From contig ONWH01000232.1 in the NCBI GenBank assembly GCA_900321495.1, forward strand, positions 1 to 47,151: a stretch of 47,151 nucleotides of DNA, in the 5' to 3' direction. Position numbers and translations under genes: made by a program. Source of the stretch: an uncultured Planctomycetota bacterium. Lineage in GTDB: Bacteria; Planctomycetota; Planctomycetia; Pirellulales; Thermoguttaceae. The notes beneath the pieces were generated by a model. It did no database searches and had not been told where the DNA came from. It saw only the letters and a program-made list of their open reading frames with translations. Shown here in pieces: positions 43,340-47,151 of this stretch (position 1 is the first letter of the stretch; every line of letters starts with the position of its first letter).

Positions 43340-44935
43340 ATGGCCGCAAAAAAGTATTACGAATTTTCTCCGGAAAGCAGCCTGGGCGAGAAGTCCATCG
43401 TCCTGCAGGCGAAGACCAAGTTCGACGAGGCGTCGACACCGCTGTTCACCGACCGGCGCGTTGACCTCTGTCAGCCGGTTGACAACGCGACGGAGATCAA
43501 TTCGCTCCGCCTGACGGTCTCTCCCGAAGACCTTTCGAAGATCCCGGTTCGGATTTCGGTTGCCGAGGCCCGCCGTCTCGACGCGATCGGCAAGACCGTG
43601 ATCCTCAAAGGATGGGTTCGTACCCGGCGCGACTCGAAGGCGGGGTTCAGCTTCATTGAGCTGAACGACGGCTCTTCGTTCGGGAACGTCCAGATTCTGG
43701 CGCCGAACACGCTCAAGAATTACGAGAAAGACATTCTCCGCCTGGGAGCCGGCTGGAGCGTCCGTGTTGTCGGGCTTGTCAAAAAGTCGCCGAGCGAAGG
43801 GCAGCCGACCGAAGTGGTCGCCACCGAAATTGAAGTCTACGGTGCCGCCGCGGCCACCTATCCCCTGCAGAAGAAGCGTCATTCCCTCGAATTCCTCCGC
43901 ACGATCGCCCATCTGCGGCCTCGGACGAACACGTTCGGTGCGGTCGAACGGATCCGCAACCGCGTGAGCTTCTCGATACATCAGTTCTTCCAGGAAAAGG
44001 GGTTTTTCTATGTGCATACGCCTCTGATCACCGCCAGCGACTGCGAAGGGGCGGGTCAGATGTTCCGTGTGACAACGCTCGATATCAGCAATCCCCCGCG
44101 CCGCGATGACGGCGGGCTCGATGCCGCGCAGGACTTTTTCGGCAAGCCTTCCTACCTGACGGTCAGCGGTCAGCTCGAGGCGGAGACGTTCGCCTGCGGA
44201 CTCGGAAAGGTCTACACGTTTGGGCCCACGTTCCGTGCCGAGAACTCGAATACCTCGCGCCATCTGGCGGAATTCTGGATGGTCGAACCGGAAGCGGCTT
44301 TCTATGAACTGGAAGACAACATGGAACTGGCCGAAGGGCTTCTCAAACGGATCTTCCAGGACGTGCTCACCTACTGCGCCGAAGATATGGAGTTCTTCAA
44401 CCGTCAGTTCGACAAGACCCTGATCGAAACGCTCCGGCATATCATCCGCAGCGATTTCGTCCGCCTCACCTACACCGAGGCGGTCGATATCCTCGAAAAG
44501 TCCGGCCGGAAGTTCGATTTTCCCGTGGGCTGGGGGATCGATCTGCAGAGCGAGCATGAACGGTATCTGACCGAAGAGCATTTCAAAAAGCCGGTCATTC
44601 TGTATAACTATCCCCGTACGATTAAACCGTTCTATATGCGTGTTAACGACGACGGGAAAACGGTCCGTGCGATGGATGTTCTCGTTCCGAAAATCGGCGA
44701 GATCATCGGCGGAAGCGAACGTGAATACCGTCTCGACGTCCTCGAGTCGCGGATGCGGGAGCTCGGTCTGGACGCCGAAAATTACGAATGGTACGCAGAC
44801 CTGCGCCGGTACGGCACCGTTCCGCACAGCGGGTTCGGACTCGGTTTCGAACGTGTCATCCAGTTCGTGACCGGAATCGCCAATATCCGTGATGTCATTC
44901 CTTTCCCGCGAACTCCCGGCAACTGCGACTTCTGA
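43340..44935 (+). CDS. asnS: asparagine--tRNA ligase with ~70-aa N-terminal extension
   Basis: [33 protein letters not shown] and GFGLGFERV are present. The only in-frame ATG is 24 nt after the glyQS stop. Confidence 0.9.
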   Translation: MAAKKYYEFSPESSLGEKSIVLQAKTKFDEASTPLFTDRRVDLCQPVDNATEINSLRLTVSPEDLSKIPVRISVAEARRLDAIGKTVILKGWVRTRRDSKAGFSFIELNDGSSFGNVQILAPNTLKNYEKDILRLGAGWSVRVVGLVKKSPSEGQPTEVVATEIEVYGAAAATYPLQKKRHSLEFLRTIAHLRPRTNTFGAVERIRNRVSFSIHQFFQEKGFFYVHTPLITASDCEGAGQMFRVTTLDISNPPRRDDGGLDAAQDFFGKPSYLTVSGQLEAETFACGLGKVYTFGPTFRAENSNTSRHLAEFWMVEPEAAFYELEDNMELAEGLLKRIFQDVLTYCAEDMEFFNRQFDKTLIETLRHIIRSDFVRLTYTEAVDILEKSGRKFDFPVGWGIDLQSEHERYLTEEHFKKPVILYNYPRTIKPFYMRVNDDGKTVRAMDVLVPKIGEIIGGSEREYRLDVLESRMRELGLDAENYEWYADLRRYGTVPHSGFGLGFERVIQFVTGIANIRDVIPFPRTPGNCDF

Positions 44936-44944
44936 GCCGGCCGT

Positions 44945-45958
44945 ATGAAACCATTTCTCCTCGCTCTGCTCAAATGGGGACTGACTCTCCTCATTTTTGC
45001 CTTCCTCTTTTACCGCGCCGCGTCGAACGGTGCGCTGCGCGGTTTTCTGGAGGTTCAAAAGGACTGGAGCCTGCTTCTTCTCGGTTTTGCCGCCCTGTTC
45101 GGGGCGGTCGTTCTGACATTTCTCCGTTGGAAAGTTCTCGCGGAGTCGCTCGGCGTGACCCTTTCGGTCTCCGGTGCGCTGCGCTTGGGTTTTATCGGCT
45201 ATCTCTTTAATTTTCTCCCGATGGGGATCGTCGGCGGAGATGTGGTGAAAGGGGTCCTTCTGGCCCGTGAAAACCCGCGTGCCAAGACCGCCTGCGCTGT
45301 GAGTGTGGTAATGGACCGTGTGATCGGTCTCTATGTGATGTTTCTGATCGGCCTGGCCGCCGTGACAGCGGCCGGCCTGTGGCATGAACCGCAGAAAGAG
45401 GCGCGTTTGGCCTGCCAGGCGATCCTCTGGCTCACTCTCCTGTCGACCCTCTTCCTGGCGTTTGTCCTCCTTCCTCCGTTCGCGGGCCGCGGCGGGTTCC
45501 TCCGCGCCGTGCCGGGAATCGGCCGTTTGCTCTTTTCCCTCTACGATGCCGCCGCGCAATACAGGGGGCGCCCCGCGGTTCTCTTCGGCACGATGCTGAT
45601 GACGGCCGGCGTTCACGTGTTGCAGGCGCTCGGGATCTGGTTTTTCGCCTGCGGGCTCTGGGGACGCGCGCCGTCGGCTCTCTCGCATCTGGCGATCTAC
45701 CCCCTGGCGAATCTGGGTGCAATGATTCCCCTTTCGGCCGGGCCGCTCGAGTTTTTCCTGGATCAGCTTTATCCTCTCTTTTCGTGTACGGACGGCTCGT
45801 TTTACGTTCATGGCGACGGGCTGATGGTAGGAGCCGCGTATCGGCTGGCGACGCTGGCGGTTGCTGCGGTCGGCGGCGTCTGGTTTCTGGTGTCCCGGCC
45901 TCAGATCCGTGAGGCGCTCGCGGTTCAGCGCGATTCGTCCGAAGGAGGCGTTGCATGA
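44945..45958 (+). CDS. UPF0104 / lysylphosphatidylglycerol-synthase-TM-region (flippase-like) membrane protein
   Basis: 337 aa, about 8 TM segments. N-terminal KWGLTLLIFAFLFYR pattern is typical of this family. The start lies 9 nt after the asnS stop. Confidence 0.7.
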   Translation: MKPFLLALLKWGLTLLIFAFLFYRAASNGALRGFLEVQKDWSLLLLGFAALFGAVVLTFLRWKVLAESLGVTLSVSGALRLGFIGYLFNFLPMGIVGGDVVKGVLLARENPRAKTACAVSVVMDRVIGLYVMFLIGLAAVTAAGLWHEPQKEARLACQAILWLTLLSTLFLAFVLLPPFAGRGGFLRAVPGIGRLLFSLYDAAAQYRGRPAVLFGTMLMTAGVHVLQALGIWFFACGLWGRAPSALSHLAIYPLANLGAMIPLSAGPLEFFLDQLYPLFSCTDGSFYVHGDGLMVGAAYRLATLAVAAVGGVWFLVSRPQIREALAVQRDSSEGGVA

Positions 45959-46866
45959 CCGAACTCCTCTTTGCGCCCGAGTTCTCCTTCCTTCGCGCGG
46001 CGTTCCTCTTTACCGCCGCGGCGGCGCTGACCTTCGGTCTGGTCGGCACGTTCATTGTTACCCGCCGGATCGGATATCTGGCCGGTGCGATTTCCCATAC
46101 CGCGTTCGGCGGGATCGGAATCGGCTTCTGGCTGAAAGAGGCCGCGGCCGCCGGATCGTGCGGATTCGGCACGCTTGCCGTTCTCCTCTGGGGCGGCGAG
46201 AATGCTCCGGCGCGGCTCACGCAGCTGGCGGCGCAGATCAATCCGGTGATTGTGGCGGTTCTGACCGCAGTCGCCTCGGCGGTTCTCATCGGCCTGATTC
46301 AGCGGTACGCCAAGGAGCGGGAAGACGCTCTGATCGGAATCATCTGGACCGCGGGAATGGCGCTCGGACTCCTCTTTCTGGATCGTACACAGCGTTACGT
46401 TGCCGTCTCGGACTATCTGCTCGGCGACATCCTCCTGATCTCGCACCGCGACCTGGCAACGATCCTGATTCTTGACGCTGCGGCGCTTCTGACCTTTGGG
46501 CTCTTCTTTAAGCGGTTCGAAGCGGTCTGCTTCGATGAGGAGTTCGCCCGTCTGCGCGGCGTTCGTGTCGATGTCTATCAGTCAATTCTTCTCTTCCTGA
46601 TCGCCGTGACGGTCGTCCTGACGATGCGTATCGCCGGGATGGTCCTGGTGATCGCCATTCTGACGATCCCCGCGTCGATTGCCTCGCGTCTGACCCGCCG
46701 CCTCAGCCGGGTCGCCCTTTGGTCGATCCTGATCTGCGCCGTCTCGGCGTGGGGAGGGATCGCCCTTTCCTATGTTCTCAATTTTTCCGCCGGTCCGATG
46801 ATCGTTCTCCTCCTTTCGGTTCTCTACGGCATCACGGTTCTGGCGACAGGGAAGAGAGATCGATGA
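45955..46866 (+). CDS. ABC-3 family (ZnuB/MntB-like) metal-transporter permease, no cognate ATPase or binding protein adjacent
   Basis: ATGA overlap with the upstream gene, with GGAGG upstream. FDEEFARLRGVRVDVYQSILLFLIAVTVVLTMRIAGMVLVIAILTIPASIA is characteristic of ABC-3 permeases. Confidence 0.8.
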   Translation: MTELLFAPEFSFLRAAFLFTAAAALTFGLVGTFIVTRRIGYLAGAISHTAFGGIGIGFWLKEAAAAGSCGFGTLAVLLWGGENAPARLTQLAAQINPVIVAVLTAVASAVLIGLIQRYAKEREDALIGIIWTAGMALGLLFLDRTQRYVAVSDYLLGDILLISHRDLATILILDAAALLTFGLFFKRFEAVCFDEEFARLRGVRVDVYQSILLFLIAVTVVLTMRIAGMVLVIAILTIPASIASRLTRRLSRVALWSILICAVSAWGGIALSYVLNFSAGPMIVLLLSVLYGITVLATGKRDR

Positions 46867-47151
46867 AACAGGTCCGGCCGAACATCATTTGCTTTCTGAC
46901 CGACCGGCTCCACCTGGGGTATCTGGGGGCGTACGGGAACAGCTGGATCGGCACAGCCGCATTTGACCGCCTGGCGTGTGAGTCGGTTCTTTTCGACCGT
47001 GCGTTCGCGACGAGTCTTTCCCTTCCGGCGCTCTATCGCGCCTTCTGGTACGGACACGAGCCGTTTGCGGCGGATCTTTCCGCGCCGGATGAAAAGGAGC
47101 CCGGATTTTTCGGCCGCCTCTTCGCCAAAGGGGCTGCCGCGCCGGTTTCTC
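46863..47151 (+). CDS. sulfatase / alkaline-phosphatase-superfamily protein, N-terminal fragment (runs off window)
   Basis: Own translation gives MKQVRPNIICFLTDRLHLGYLGAYGNSWIGTAAFDRLACESVLFDRAFATSLSLPALYRAFWYG. There is an ATGA overlap with the permease gene. It has the sulfatase N-terminal layout, but SLPAL stands where C/S-x-P-x-R is expected. Confidence 0.6.
   Translation, partial: MKQVRPNIICFLTDRLHLGYLGAYGNSWIGTAAFDRLACESVLFDRAFATSLSLPALYRAFWYGHEPFAADLSAPDEKEPGFFGRLFAKGAAAPVS

Noticed and set aside
42644-45811. 1055-aa minus-strand ORF spanning glyQS, asnS and the UPF0104 gene
   Set aside because: Its codons are the exact reverse complements of the sense codons. All three sense genes start at coordinates congruent to 2 mod 3. 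Stops can therefore arise only where the sense strand uses TTA, CTA or TCA, which GC-rich genes avoid. The product is R/G/P-rich low complexity, while the sense strand encodes unmistakable aaRS motifs.

Overview
This is a 47.15-kb GC-rich chromosomal segment. It is most consistent with a Planctomycetota genome. The markers are a DUF1559-type protein, an N-terminal 'EQLESRELLA' exoprotein motif, dockerin-type repeats, a sulfatase-like gene and an anti-sigma factor with 'WRRCALAFLEAQ'. The taxon call is inference from motif memory; no search was run. I call 40 protein-coding genes (one truncated at the 3' window edge), one tRNA-Arg(UCU), about 9 sigma70-type promoter candidates and about 11 intrinsic-terminator-type hairpins. 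I see no rRNA, CRISPR array, transposase, integrase, phage gene, reverse transcriptase or obvious nuclease/ATPase defence cluster.

The backbone is housekeeping: nadA, dcd, gltX, accA, pssA-psd, rsmG, an HU protein, glyQS and asnS, plus an M20 peptidase, two adenylate-forming ligases, a FucP-type MFS transporter, a CPA2/RCK antiporter and an MMPL/RND exporter. Interspersed are secreted or regulatory genes of unknown role.

I cannot point to one unambiguous new system. The best leads are:
1. A tightly coupled UPF0104 / orphan ABC-3 permease / non-canonical sulfatase-like operon at the 3' end.
2. A convergent pair of Cys-rich small proteins at 1.4-2.3 kb.
3. An ECF sigma / anti-sigma / Met-rich PDZ protein module.
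4. A terminator-like hairpin inside the leader of the MMPL transporter.
5. An atypical stand-alone Ser/Thr kinase and an FHA protein bracketing a lipid-synthesis operon.
6. A cNMP-binding protein / K+ antiporter / AlkD-like unit.

All family assignments come from motifs read in the translated ORFs and need HMM or BLAST confirmation.
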